DNA from: an uncultured delta proteobacterium
Lineage (GTDB): Bacteria > Desulfobacterota > Binatia > UBA9968
Reading direction: 5' to 3'
NCBI GenBank assembly: GCA_963816145.1
Contig: CAWFJP010000003.1
Location: 288,001 to 352,000 of the forward strand
DNA length: 64,000 bases
The position numbers and the translations under genes were made by a program. Shown here one piece after another: positions 30,235 to 40,793 of the stretch (positions are counted from its first letter, which is position 1; each line of letters opens with the position of its first letter). The notes under the pieces were generated by a model that made no database searches, was not told the DNA's origin, and was given only the letters and a program-made list of their open reading frames with translations.

Positions 30235-32284
30235 TCATGCCAACTCAATGATGATATTGCCGAACCGGTCGATCTGCGCCGTTTGCCCGGGATGGACCAC
30301 GGTGGTCGAATCCATCTGTTCGATGATCGCCGGGCCGCGCAGGAGATTTCCCGAGCGCAGTTTTTCACGATCATACACCGGCGTATCGTGCCAACCGTCG
30401 AAATACGCTCGGCGCCGCGCTTTGATCGCAGCTTCGCAGTTAGCCCCGTGCGCCGGCGCTTCACCAGTAGCTGGCTTCGGCACAATCACCTTGGTGGTCA
30501 GCCGGTAATTGACGATTTCGACCTTTTGGTCTTCGGCGCGCGAACCGAAATGCTTTTCGTGTATCTCGTCGAAAGCCCGACGCCACGCGGCGACCGCGTC
30601 CGACTTCAACCCCGTGCGCGCCACCGGCACCGGCAGTTCGTATTTCTGAATGCTGTAACGTAGATCGATGGCCCGCTCATGGACAATCTGCTCCGGCGCA
30701 ATTCCCTGAGACTCGAACTCCTGCTGCGCCACCGCCTCCATGCTGTCGAAACGGCGCTGCAAATCGGCGACGATCGATCGATCCGAGATCGGCGAAGTGG
30801 GTTTGGATATAATCGCGCTTCAAATCTGAAACCAACAACCCCATCGCCGAGTGCACGCCAGGAGCAGCCGGAATGATCACGCGAGGAATTTTTAACTCTT
30901 CTGCCAACAATGCGGCATGCACCGGTCCGGCGCCACCGAACGCGACTAAGACGTATTCGCGCGGATCTTCGCCGCGTGACACGGTGACCAAGCGCAGCGC
31001 CTCGACCATGCCGGAGCTAACAATCTTAATGATACCGCTTGCAGCCTCGATGGTTTCCAGTTTCAACGGGTCGGCGATATGAGTCGCGATCGCGCGCTCG
31101 GCAGCCTTGGGATCGAGATGAAATTTGCCACCGACGAAGAATTCCGGATTGAGCCAGCCCAGAGTCACGTCGGCATCGGTCACCGTCGGAAGACTGCCGC
31201 CGTGAGGATAACAAGCCGGACCCGGATCAGCGCCGGCGCTTCGCGGCCCGACTTTGACCAGGCCGCTCTTGTCGATCCAGGCGATGCTGCCGCCGCCGGC
31301 GCCGATCTCGACGAGATCGAGTGACGGTGTCGAAATCAGCCACTCGCCGGCTTGAAAGCGCGGCACGACGCGGGGCTCGCCGTCTTGAACAATTCCGGCC
31401 TTGGCCGTCGTTCCGCCCATATCGAAAGAGATTACTTTGAGTTGCTCGGTCATACGCCCGATATGCGCCGCGCCGAGCACACCAGCGGCGGGTCCGGATT
31501 CGATCATGCGCACGGGAATGCTTTTGAGCGCGCCGCCGGTGAGACTGCCGCCATTGGACTGCATGATATAGAGCGGCTTGGTGATATGGCGCGATTTGAG
31601 GGCTGCTTCGAGTTTGTGAATGTAGCGATTCACCACGGGAGCGACATAAGCGTTGACCACCGTGGTAGTCAGGCGCGGGTACTCACGGATCTGCGGCAGC
31701 GTCTCACAGGACAAATAGACTTGCGCGTCGGGGACGACCTCCGCGACCAGCTCGCGCAAGCGCTGCTCATGGGCTGAATTCATGAATGAGAACAACAAAC
31801 AGACCGCCACCGACTCGACGCCCGTGCCCTTGAGCCGAGCCAAGCGACGGCGGGTCTCCTCTGCATCGAGCGCCTTCAAGACATTGCCGCGGAAATCGAC
31901 GCGCTCGGGAATCTGGATCGTCTCGCGCTGGCGCACCAGCATCGGCGGCTTTGGATAGGAAAGGTAATCGTAAGTTGCGCTGCGGGTTTCGCCCAATTCC
32001 GGAGTTTCGTAAACACCGGTGAAACCTTCGGTGATCAGCAGCCATGTCTTGGCGCCCTTGCGTTCCAAGAGCGCATTGGTCGCCACGGTCGTCGCGTGGA
32101 AGAGAAAGCTAACGTCCTCCGGCAACCGACCGTTGCCGAAAAACTCGTCGAGCGCCTGCATCACGCCCTGGGTCAAATCCGCCGGCGTGCTCAGAACCTT
32201 GGAATTGAAAACTCCGCCGCCTTGCTCGTCGAGCACGGAAAAATCCGTAAACGTCCCGCCAATATCGATGCCGACTCTGTACAT
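30235..32284 (-). CDS. Hydantoinase A/oxoprolinase family, one frameshift (~30775)
   Basis: IDIGGTFTD, ESGPAAG, DMGGTT, GAGGGSIA, SAGADPGPACY, FGGAGP; C-terminal GPAIIEQMDSTTVV in ORF 30235..30762. Confidence 0.9.
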
Positions 32285-32358
32285 CTTTCAAGCCGCCTTC
32301 ATTCGTGGGTCCTTAACCTATTCTCATACTATGAACTGTATCTGCTTTGCGAATCTAT

Positions 32359-32479
32359 CGTTCCAGTAGTTCCAAAGGTTCCAAGCTGTTCCAATCGTTT
32401 TCGGAGGTCCGGAGGGTTCCGAAAACGGCTGGAACCCAGCGCAGCGATGGAACGGTTGGAACGATTGAAACGAGTTCCA
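32359..32479. repeat. Inverted array of ~9-bp TGGAAC units
   Basis: Four gttcca units facing tggaac units around a central hairpin. Confidence 0.7.
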
Positions 32480-32483
32480 ATAA

Positions 32484-33930
32484 TTAAGCCCAATAAGTCG
32501 TCCGATCGATGGGGATATGCTGCAAGACTTCACCCGCAACGAAATCTTCAATGCGAATCCGTGCCATCGCTTCATCGGGGCACTTCGATACCGGCGAGAA
32601 CGGCCGGTCGAGCGGCTTGGTCGCATCGACGATCATCGCCGAAGTTTTGCGCGGGTCGACCATCGACGGATCGATCAAGCTGCCGCGCATGATCTCTTTT
32701 ATGATCGACACTTGCAGGTGTGGCTGGACGCGGGTGGCGACAGCCCAGAGGATCTCCGTGGGATCGTAGACGTTGATGTCTTCATCGAAGACAAAAACGT
32801 TCTTGCACCAATCCCAGGTCAATACCGCCGCCGCGGCGCGGCCGGGATCGCCCTCGGATAGTTTCTTCATCGAGATGAAAACGTTGAGCAGCGCGTGGCG
32901 CCCACTGGTGCAGACCGCCACGACGTTCGGCACCGCTTCGCGGGCGCGGCGCAAATACGCGCCTTCCCGCGCCAGGTCCATCCACGGTTTGTCCCCTTCC
33001 GGCGTGAGAATCGAGGTGTGCATGGCGCCCTTGCGCCGGGTGATCGCCCGAACTTCGTAGTGTGCCGATTGCTGATAACCTTGAAGGCCGAGATAACCAT
33101 TGACCTCGCCGAAGGGTCCTTCGACCATGCGCTTGCCGGGAAGCAAGGCGCCTTCGATGACGATCTCCGCGTCCGCCGGAACCAATAAGCGTTCACCCCA
33201 AGTCTCCGACGGCACGAGACGCAGCGGTTCCTGCATATAACCGCCGATGATATCGTATTCGCTGATCTCGAATCGGCCGCCGTAACAGGCGCCCATCTGA
33301 TAGGCCGGATGATGGCCGATCACCGTCGCCACCGGACACTCTTCTCCCGCTTCCTCGTAGCTGCGGAAGATGCGCCACATATGTTGCAGCGTCATCAAAA
33401 ATCCGGTGTGGTTGCGATCCTTTACCTCCATGCGGTGATAGGAGCAGTTGTAAACCCCGCTGTTGCGGTCTCTGGCGACGCTCGACAGATCGATATACGG
33501 ACCGCCGTCCATTTCATGGTGCTTGAGCAACGGCAGCTCATAGAGGTCCACCGCATCGCCAGTTTGAATAATCTCCTTCACCGGTGCGGTATCTTTGCTG
33601 ACGATTACCGGCCCGATGCTTCCCGCCTCCCGGCGCAAGCATTCGCGCGCCATCTCGGCGCGATCCATGTCCGCCGGCAGCCCCAGCGCGACTTGAATCT
33701 TCTTCTGCGAATTCTCCGCGCTCATGACCACTTTCATGTCAGTCGGCCGGCCATGTGCGTTGAGCGGATTATCGAAGACCAAAACCGGGAATTTTTTCAA
33801 ACGCGCCAAGATGCTTGACGATAGCTGTAATGTCGTAGGTCAGCGGATTGACGGGCTTGGATATATTAACGATCTCGTTCGGGTATGCGTGGCGCATATC
33901 TTCGAGAAACGTTCTGAGGTTTTTAGGCAT
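32484..33930 (-). CDS. UbiD-family decarboxylase, one frameshift near N-terminus (~33800)
   Basis: ATG 33930 gives MPKNLRTFLEDMR...; continues into ORF 32484..33809 with DGGPYI, NCSYHR, EGPFGEVNGY, WAVATRVQP. Confidence 0.88.
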
Positions 33931-33953
33931 GAAATTGACCCCAATCTTCGGAC

Positions 33954-33977
33954 GGGCGATTCATGAATCGCCCCTAC
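33954..33977 (-). repeat. GTAG-family REP overlapping the RAYT stop codon
   Basis: Minus strand GTAGGGGCGATTCATGAATCGCCC. Confidence 0.85.
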
Positions 33978-34539
33978 GTTCTGATTCAAATGCTACCGGA
34001 TTCTCATGGTCGAATTCCCACTGTGCCGGGTTGTCGGAGATGTACTGTCGAATGCGGTTTAGTGATCCGTCGTCACGGATGACGTGTTCGTAATAATTAC
34101 GTTGCCACAGGGGCTGGCCCGACGATCCACGTAAAGCATTGATTTGCTTTGCCGAAACCATTTTGAATCGACCAATCAATTTTGCCAATAACATACGGCG
34201 GCGCTGCGCAACCGGCACCGCGTGTGAGGGCGAATCGTGAATCGTCCCTACAGGCTGATTAATCACGACAACCCCATGCACGTGATTGGGCATCACAACG
34301 AATGCATCCAATTCGATTCCGTCATAGAATCGCGGCAAATCATCCCACACTGAACAAATGATCAGGCCGGCCTGATTCAATTGCATATGCCGATCTACGA
34401 CGTTACCAAACAGGCATTGTCGATCTCTTGCACAAATGGTGATGTAATAGGCCCCAAATCGAGAATAGTCATAACCCTGCAAACGAATCGACTGCCGGTT
34501 ACGTCTCTGGAATGATGAATCCTTGGCCGTTGCTTTCAC
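33961..34539 (-). mobile_element. REP-associated tyrosine transposase (RAYT, HUH Y1 family)
   Basis: RQSIRLQGYDYS..GAYYITIC, MPNHVHG (HUH), WQRNYYEHVIR, YISDNP..W; flanked by GTAG-type REPs. Confidence 0.9.
34228..34251 (-). repeat. GTAG-family REP inside the RAYT coding sequence
   Basis: Minus strand GTAGGGACGATTCACGATTCGCCC, translated as VGTIHDSP. Confidence 0.8.
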
Positions 34540-34577
34540 ACTGCCTCTGCGTCGCCATGTTCCTAATTTGGTTTTAC

Positions 34578-34601
34578 GTAGGGGCGATTCACGAATCGCC
34601 C
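34578..34601 (+). repeat. GTAG-family REP upstream of RAYT
   Basis: Plus strand GTAGGGGCGATTCACGAATCGCCC. Confidence 0.85.
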
Positions 34602-34776
34602 TCCCCGATTATCGCCTCCTGCGGTTCCTATCACGCCAATTATCCATTGGACAACGTCTTCGAAGTCGCAAACCCTCTCGGACTAACGGCTATTCTCCAT
34701 TATCCATTGACTTGCACCCCTCCCACGAGTGAGATATTTCAATAAGAAAGAGCTATTAAGCAAAGGAGTTAATACC

Positions 34777-35859
34777 ATGGGCATTATCGAACGAACCTAC
34801 GGCACGGCGAAGAACGCGCCGACCAATGAATTGCTAATCTCCTCGGACTCCCATGTCATCGAACCGGCGGGATTGTGGCAACGGGAGCTGCCAAAACAAT
34901 TTAAGGACCGGGCGCCGGACTTCGGCGGCCAGCGGCCCAACGATACACCGGGCGGCGCCCAGGACAAGAACAAGCGGGTCGCCGAGATGGCCGCCGACGG
35001 CGTCAGCGCGGAGGTTCTCTACGCCACCCACGGCTTGAAGTGTTTGAGCATAGGCGACCACGAGTTGGAAGCTGCCTGCGCGCGCGTCTACAACGATTGG
35101 CTTATCGACTATTGCAGCGCCGCCCCCGACCGGCTGATCGGCATCGCCATGCTGTCCATGTATGACATCCCCGAGGCGGTGAAAGAGATGGAGCGCTGCC
35201 ACAAGGCCGGCATGCGCGGCTCCGTGATCTGGCAGGTACCGGATCCGGCGCTGCCGTTCTCCTCGCCGCACTACGACAAGTTCTGGGCCGCGTCGCAGGA
35301 TCTCAACATGCCGGTCAACCTGCATATCTTGAGTGGCTTTGGTTACAGCCGCAGCCGTTCCTTCGGCCAGGGCGACACCCCCACCGGCATGACCGCTGAA
35401 CATAACAGCGTCAACATGAAGCTGTTTCAGTCGGTCGATAGCCTTTACGACCTGATCTATTCCGGCGTGCTCGAACGATTTCCCAAACTGAAAATCGTGC
35501 TCGTCGAAAACGAGCTGGGTTGGATACCGTTTGTCTTGGAGCAGTGGGATTACTATTTCAAACGCCACGGCGCCAATCGCGCGGGGTTAGCGATCAAAAA
35601 GCTGCCGAGCGAGTACTTCCACAATCAGATCTACACCACCTTCTTCAACGACGCCGTCGGCGGCCACACGCTGACCTGGTGGGGCCAGGACAACTGCATG
35701 TGGTCCAATGACTTTCCGCACGGCAACTCAACCTGGCCCAACTCGCGCGAGGTCATCGCCCGCGATTTAGGCAACCTGCCGGCCGCAGTGCGCGCCAAAC
35801 TGGTGCGTGAAAACGTCGCGAAGTTGTATAACATTCCGGTGCCGACACCGGTTCAGTAA
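34777..35859 (+). CDS. Amidohydrolase_2 family protein
   Basis: ISSDSHVIEP, VYNDW, PVNLH, ERFPKLK.VLVE, WSNDFPH..STWP; AAGGAG RBS. Confidence 0.92.
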   Translation: MGIIERTYGTAKNAPTNELLISSDSHVIEPAGLWQRELPKQFKDRAPDFGGQRPNDTPGGAQDKNKRVAEMAADGVSAEVLYATHGLKCLSIGDHELEAACARVYNDWLIDYCSAAPDRLIGIAMLSMYDIPEAVKEMERCHKAGMRGSVIWQVPDPALPFSSPHYDKFWAASQDLNMPVNLHILSGFGYSRSRSFGQGDTPTGMTAEHNSVNMKLFQSVDSLYDLIYSGVLERFPKLKIVLVENELGWIPFVLEQWDYYFKRHGANRAGLAIKKLPSEYFHNQIYTTFFNDAVGGHTLTWWGQDNCMWSNDFPHGNSTWPNSREVIARDLGNLPAAVRAKLVRENVAKLYNIPVPTPVQ

Positions 35860-35864
35860 ACGCC

Positions 35865-35905
35865 AAACCGCCGCGGTTTGTCACCGACAAGCCGCGGCGG
35901 TTTTT
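35865..35905 (+). terminator. Rho-independent terminator
   Basis: aaaccgccgcggtttgtc-acc-gacaagccgcggcggttttt immediately after the stop at 35859. Confidence 0.75.
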
Positions 35906-35972
35906 CATCGCCTAACAACAATCCCGCTCTTCAATCCGCTGCCTAAGCGAAAAGCGGATCTCCGCCTGTCGC

Positions 35973-37403
35973 TCAACCAATCCCAGCCAGTTCCTTGGCC
36001 AATCTAACGTACGGACTTAAATCGTAGGCGCCCACGAGCCGCTGTTTGTTGGTGGCCAGGCTGGCGACGTTGAACATCTCGAACAAGAGCTGCCGCGAGC
36101 CGAACGAGTCGCAGGCGTACTCCCAGGCGAGCTTCAACATGCGAAACATTTCTTCGGTGCGATCGTTCTCGCCGACGAAATAGCGCTGGAGGTGGGGGCC
36201 GACCTCTGGATGGTTCATATCGGCTTGGCTCGGCGACATCAGGATACCTGAGCCACACAACTCTCGGATCAGCTGCATCATCTGCGGGTAACCCTCGATC
36301 GAAAAGATGCGCGCTGCCTGGGCCGGTGTCCAGTTGGGCAGGGTTAGGCCCGATGGAGAGCGCACCGGGTTCATCTCAGCAACTTGAATAAATGCTCTCA
36401 TCGTCTCCAGGTAGATGATCGCGTCGGCCAGGGACAGTTGCACATGGGGCTGTTTGAAAGTACCGAGATACTCCGCCATCGAGGCGCAGATGCCGAGCAG
36501 CACCTCCGCCTTGACCGCCAGCCGAACCAGAACATACCAAGGTCCGATGCCCATGGCCCCTTGGAAGAGCCGCGCGTAGAGACCAGGGTCCTCGGGATGG
36601 GATTGGCGCAAATAGAAGACACGTTCCCAAGGTATAAACACATTGTCGAACAGCACCATGGCGTCCATCTCGTCCCAGTGCGGACTCAGCGGATGGTCCT
36701 CGGGGTTGCGCGCCGTCATGGATTCGCGGCAGACGAGCTGGATACCTTGGGCGTTCACCGGCACAGCGAAGTAAACGACCTCATCGGGCTGTAGGTTGGG
36801 TCTGGGTTGGGTGAGGCAGAGAATTTCATTGGCGTAGGGTGCCTGGGTTCCCACGCCTTTGGCCCCGCGCACGACGATGCCGTCGGCCCGTCTCTCCACC
36901 ACCTTCAAGAATTCTTGCTTGGATTCGGGATGGCTTCGGTGGTGAAACGGATCGTTGAAAATGGTGGCGATGCTCAAATCGTTTTCGCGGCAATACTCGA
37001 AATAGCGCGTAACATTCTTCGCGAAATCCGGATTCTCCTGGCCGAAGATATCGCGGCTATCGTGCAGCCCTAAAATCACCGTCGCCAAATGCTGCGGCAG
37101 ACGCGCCGCCACGCCACCGGCCCGCCGCACGAGGAACTCGTACATCTTGCGCTGACGGATCAAATCTTCGACCGATTGGGGCAATAGATAAGCTAAACTC
37201 ACCCGCTCGCCCGTCGCCGGCGAAGCCATGGTCAGCAGCTCCTGATGGGCTGGATCATGTTGTAGATCAAAAACCCCGGCAACGCTGCGCGCGCAGCCTG
37301 CCAAACTCGGATGCGCGGTCACGTCCACCAGTTGACCTTGCAGCCACACGCGCCGCCCATCCCTCAAGCTTTGTAGATATTGCTCTCCTCGACGTATTGG
37401 CAT
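35973..37403 (-). CDS. 4-hydroxyphenylacetate 3-hydroxylase (HpaB) family flavin monooxygenase
   Basis: G.QYL.SLRDGR.VW, GIVVRGAK, DEMDA...FDNVFIPWERVF, LAWE...FGSRQ.LFE. Confidence 0.9.
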   Translation of the reverse strand: MPIRRGEQYLQSLRDGRRVWLQGQLVDVTAHPSLAGCARSVAGVFDLQHDPAHQELLTMASPATGERVSLAYLLPQSVEDLIRQRKMYEFLVRRAGGVAARLPQHLATVILGLHDSRDIFGQENPDFAKNVTRYFEYCRENDLSIATIFNDPFHHRSHPESKQEFLKVVERRADGIVVRGAKGVGTQAPYANEILCLTQPRPNLQPDEVVYFAVPVNAQGIQLVCRESMTARNPEDHPLSPHWDEMDAMVLFDNVFIPWERVFYLRQSHPEDPGLYARLFQGAMGIGPWYVLVRLAVKAEVLLGICASMAEYLGTFKQPHVQLSLADAIIYLETMRAFIQVAEMNPVRSPSGLTLPNWTPAQAARIFSIEGYPQMMQLIRELCGSGILMSPSQADMNHPEVGPHLQRYFVGENDRTEEMFRMLKLAWEYACDSFGSRQLLFEMFNVASLATNKQRLVGAYDLSPYVRLAKELAGIG

Positions 37404-37577
37404 TTAACTAGCTTTCAACCAACTATTTGCGGTTAGTACAAATGAAAGCGACGCGCCGTCATAGCGAGCCCTTCAGCTTCGTCGAAACTATCCGATTACT
37501 TGAAACAAAGTCAATTTGGGCAAAACGGAGGCCAGTTGGAATGTCGGCTCGCACTATGAAAATGAGTTATTGAAAAC

Positions 37578-37770
37578 CTGCTCGCTGGCTAAAACGGATA
37601 CCCCACGGAATTTAACGGATCGGCGGGTGAGCCGTGGACCGCAGGGCCATCGGTTCCATCCGCTGGTTCGACCGCCGCAGGCGGGCGCAACCAGCGTGGC
37701 TCACCCGCCGACCCGTTCGCACGACCTTCTGCGGTCGGGCGAACGTATTACGTTTATACCCGCACAGCAG
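37578..37770. ncRNA. Unassigned highly structured non-coding element (ncRNA or MITE/REP-mosaic candidate)
   Basis: 21-bp stem 37614..37634/37697..37717 enclosing two hairpins, a further hairpin 37714..37745, and imperfect closing arms. Confidence 0.4.
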
Positions 37771-37778
37771 CACCTAGC

Positions 37779-38700
37779 TTAGTTTATTCGTAGAGCGTCG
37801 GCCAGCGCTTCCAACTGCTCGGTGTAGCGGCAGACTGGATTCAAAATCAGATGGTTCACGCCAGTCTCAGCCAGCTCCTCGATCTTGCCACGTACATCTT
37901 CCGGCGTGCCGTAGAACCCCGACTGCGCCGCTCCCTTGGTGTTGCGATAAACGGTCATGAACCAGCGCTCGAGTTCGGCGCGTGCCACATCGGCGTGTTC
38001 GTGCACGGACAGGAAAACGCGCTTCGACAGCGGATAGCTTGCCGGATCGCGGCCGGCGCGTTCCAGCTCCTCTTTCATCAGCGCGATGTCGCGGCGAAAC
38101 GCTTCGAAGCTGCCACCGCCCGCTCCCATCCAGCCGTCGGCGATGGCTGCGGCGCGCCGAATCGCGTCGGGGTGAGTGCCGCCGAGCCAGATCGGCGGAC
38201 CGGGCTGCTGTACCGGCTTTACACCGAGCTTCGCTCCCGTGAGCTGAAAGATGGTGCCGCTGTAATTGACTTCCGAGTCTATCCAAAGACGTCTGATCAG
38301 CTCCACACTCTCGCGAAACCGCGCCACGCGCCGCTCGCTGGGGATCTGAAACTCGGCGTAGTGACTGCTTCGTCCCAAGCCTGCCCCGAGAATCGCCCGG
38401 CCGCCGCTCAAGTAATCCAGATGTCGCAATCTGGTGCGCAACGTGGATCGGGTGGTGCAATGGCAGCACCATCACCGACACTCCCAGTCGAATCTTCGTC
38501 GTCACGGCCGCGGCATAAGTCAGCGCCACTACCGAGTCGAGGCAAAAGACATGGTCCAGGGTATTCTCGGTCACCCAAAGGTCGCGGAAGCCGAGCTCTT
38601 CAGCGCGCTGAGCGACCCGGCGCACCGCGGCGATATCGATTGGTTCCGGAGAACGATGCGGCAACGAAAAGCCGAAAGTTATTTTATCGATGAGAGCCAT
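37779..38700 (-). CDS. LLM-class flavin-dependent oxidoreductase, one frameshift (~38420)
   Basis: AEELGF..LWV.E, IRLGVSV.VLP.HHP...A..IAT / LDYLSGGR..LG.GLG, RRAA.IADGW. Confidence 0.85.
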
Positions 38701-38856
38701 GGTGCGAAATCAACTCACCTTCCATTCGGGCTTAATCGTAGCAATCAATCAGACTTGTATATGCCCATTAGACCCGCACGCCGCGCGTTAGACATGGCAG
38801 GTTCGGTTGCGTTCGTATCGGAAATCTCTGTCACAAATGCGTATGAACGCAGCAAC

Positions 38857-39252
38857 TCACTTGCCGAAGTCTTCGGCCCTCAGCTCGATCGGCTTGCCAT
38901 GCGGCGTGCGATGCATGGCGTGCTCCCAGGCTTGGAAATGGTCGGTGAGCGCCTGCGCGGAGGTCGCGCCTTTTTCGGCGACCATGCGTTCGAGGGTGGC
39001 GAGCCAGTGGTGGTAGTAGGTATCGCCGGTGTCGGGATCGCCGGCGGCCTGGGCTTTCTTGATTTCCTCGCCAAGCATCGCGGACCACTCGGGCCAGGCG
39101 AACAGACCTTTTTCGTGTAGCGCCAGCGCCATCGCGAATGCATGGGCTTCCCAGGGCGCGCGAAAGACCGGACCGGCGGCATCGCGCGGGATGCCCGGAA
39201 CCGCTTCGGCGGCTTTGCGTGCAGCTTCAGGCTCGATCAACTTTTCAGACAT
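38857..39252 (-). CDS. Nitrile hydratase accessory protein
   Basis: PVFRAPWEAHAFA, YYHHWL.TLE, AMHRTPHGKPIEL; overlaps the beta-subunit stop. Confidence 0.9.
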   Translation of the reverse strand: MSEKLIEPEAARKAAEAVPGIPRDAAGPVFRAPWEAHAFAMALALHEKGLFAWPEWSAMLGEEIKKAQAAGDPDTGDTYYHHWLATLERMVAEKGATSAQALTDHFQAWEHAMHRTPHGKPIELRAEDFGK

Positions 39253-39904
39253 GTTCCAGATACGGCTCGAACGCTTCGATGGAAACTTTCAACGTGGGGT
39301 CCGCGTCCGCGCCCCAAAGCTCTTGGGCTTCGAAACGCACTGTGTATAGCCACTGCGGATCGTCGCCTTTGCCGGCAGCGACCGAGTCGGGAAAAGCGTG
39401 AGTGCCGTGCAGGCGCTCGACCATACCGATGTGGCCGCGCGCGTAGCGCGGCAGGCGTGTATGCGTCTTCGGGTGAATGTTCTTGGTGCGCACGCGGTCG
39501 CCGATTTTGAACTGAGCCGGTCTTTGCGCGGGTCGATAAAACGAGCCGCGCTTGGTGACCTTGTCTATATCGTCCAGGGAGAAGGCTCCGCGAGTTTTAC
39601 TTTTTGCAGGGCGCAGGGCGCGGCCGGCGGCAACTTCGTCGGCGTCGATTAGGCCGCGTTCGATGAGCAGGTTTTGATTACGGACAAACCATTTCTCATA
39701 GTATGGCCGACTCAAATAAAAAGCCGGCGTCATAATTTCAATTGCGTAGCGGCTGGTGTCAATGGTCCAAGCGCGGAACACACCGATGGCGCGGCTCATC
39801 GCCAGCACGCGCCCCTCCCAGCGATGATGAAAGACCGGCTCGTTGAACTCGGGCTCGACCTTGCCGAACCCGTCCATGCCGCCCATATCGTGCACGCCGT
39901 CCAT
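39245..39904 (-). CDS. nthB: Nitrile hydratase subunit beta
   Basis: MDGVHDMGGMDGFG, WEGRV, YYEKW, HTRLPRYARG, LYTVRF...LWG; TGATG coupling to alpha. Confidence 0.95.
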   Translation of the reverse strand: MDGVHDMGGMDGFGKVEPEFNEPVFHHRWEGRVLAMSRAIGVFRAWTIDTSRYAIEIMTPAFYLSRPYYEKWFVRNQNLLIERGLIDADEVAAGRALRPAKSKTRGAFSLDDIDKVTKRGSFYRPAQRPAQFKIGDRVRTKNIHPKTHTRLPRYARGHIGMVERLHGTHAFPDSVAAGKGDDPQWLYTVRFEAQELWGADADPTLKVSIEAFEPYLEHV

Positions 39905-40530
39905 CAGGCCACCTCGCTGGGCTTTTTCACCAATCCAGTACCGACCATACTGTCGCGCGTAATCAACTTGGCGAGCTGCGCCTCGCTCCAACCTTCGGTG
40001 CCAGCCGGACGCATGGGCACCACCATGTAGCGCGTCTCGGCGGTCGAGTCCCAAACCCGAATCTCGGTCTCGACCGGCAAAGTCACACCGAAATCCGCCA
40101 GCACCCCGCGCGGATCTTTTACAACTCGCGAACGGTAGGCGAAGGACTTGTACCAGGTTGGCGGCAGGCCGAGCACATCGGTCGGATAGCAAGAGCACAA
40201 TGTGCAGACGATCATGTTGTGCAGCTGCGCCGTGTTCTCGACGGCGATCAGATGCTCGCCCACCCGTCCCACCTGATCGGCAATCGTCGCGACTGCCTTG
40301 CTGGCGTCGTCAAGAAGCGATTGTTTAAAAGTCGGATCGTTCCAAGCCTTGGCGATGACCTGTGCGCCGATATGCGGGCCGATTTTGGTTTCATATAGCT
40401 CGACGATGCGATCGAGCGCGGCGGGTTCGATATATCCTTTGTCGACCAAAATGGTTTCGAGCGCGCGCACCCGCAGATCCATCTCGGAAAGATTCGAGCC
40501 CTCGTCGTGATCATGATCATGTTCAGCCAT
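39904..40530 (-). CDS. nthA: Nitrile hydratase subunit alpha (cobalt type)
   Basis: VCTLCSCY motif (Thr/Tyr indicate Co-type), LGLPP.WYK..AYRSR, VWDSTAE.RY; start ATG 40530 (MAEHDHDHD). Confidence 0.95.
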   Translation of the reverse strand: MAEHDHDHDEGSNLSEMDLRVRALETILVDKGYIEPAALDRIVELYETKIGPHIGAQVIAKAWNDPTFKQSLLDDASKAVATIADQVGRVGEHLIAVENTAQLHNMIVCTLCSCYPTDVLGLPPTWYKSFAYRSRVVKDPRGVLADFGVTLPVETEIRVWDSTAETRYMVVPMRPAGTEGWSEAQLAKLITRDSMVGTGLVKKPSEVA

Positions 40531-40589
40531 AAGCGAAATATAACCAAGGAAACCGGCGGCATGCAATCGAAATATTGCCTCTGCATCTA

Positions 40590-40724
40590 CCCTCACCCCA
40601 GCCCTCTCCCATCGGAATGGGCGAGGGTGTCGGATGCGGATCACGATGCGAGTCGAAGGGTAGCACTTTTTTGAGCAATCCAAGTTCCCTCGCCTGCCTT
40701 TGCGGGAGAGGGTTAGGGTGAGGG
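40590..40724. repeat. CCCTCACCCC.GCCCTCTCCC-type paired palindrome
   Basis: ccctcaccccagccctctcccatcggaatgggcgaggg ... ccctcgcctgcctttgcgggagagggttagggtgaggg. Confidence 0.72.
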
Positions 40725-40793
40725 AATCGCTTAATGAAGTCGTTGACTGCTGGAGACAAACCAAAAGTTGCGGATGCGAAAACTGTCCCCCTC

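Noticed and set aside
35909-35975. GCCTAACAA as the start of an integron attC site
   Set aside because: There is no matching GTTRRRY end at a suitable distance with the attC fold, no integrase and no cassette array.
37578-37770. Structured element as a tRNA (including tRNA-Sec), SRP RNA or group II intron end
   Set aside because: No cloverleaf with proper T/D loops and CCA, no SRP GGAA-loop domain, and no domain V catalytic triad pattern that I could recognise.
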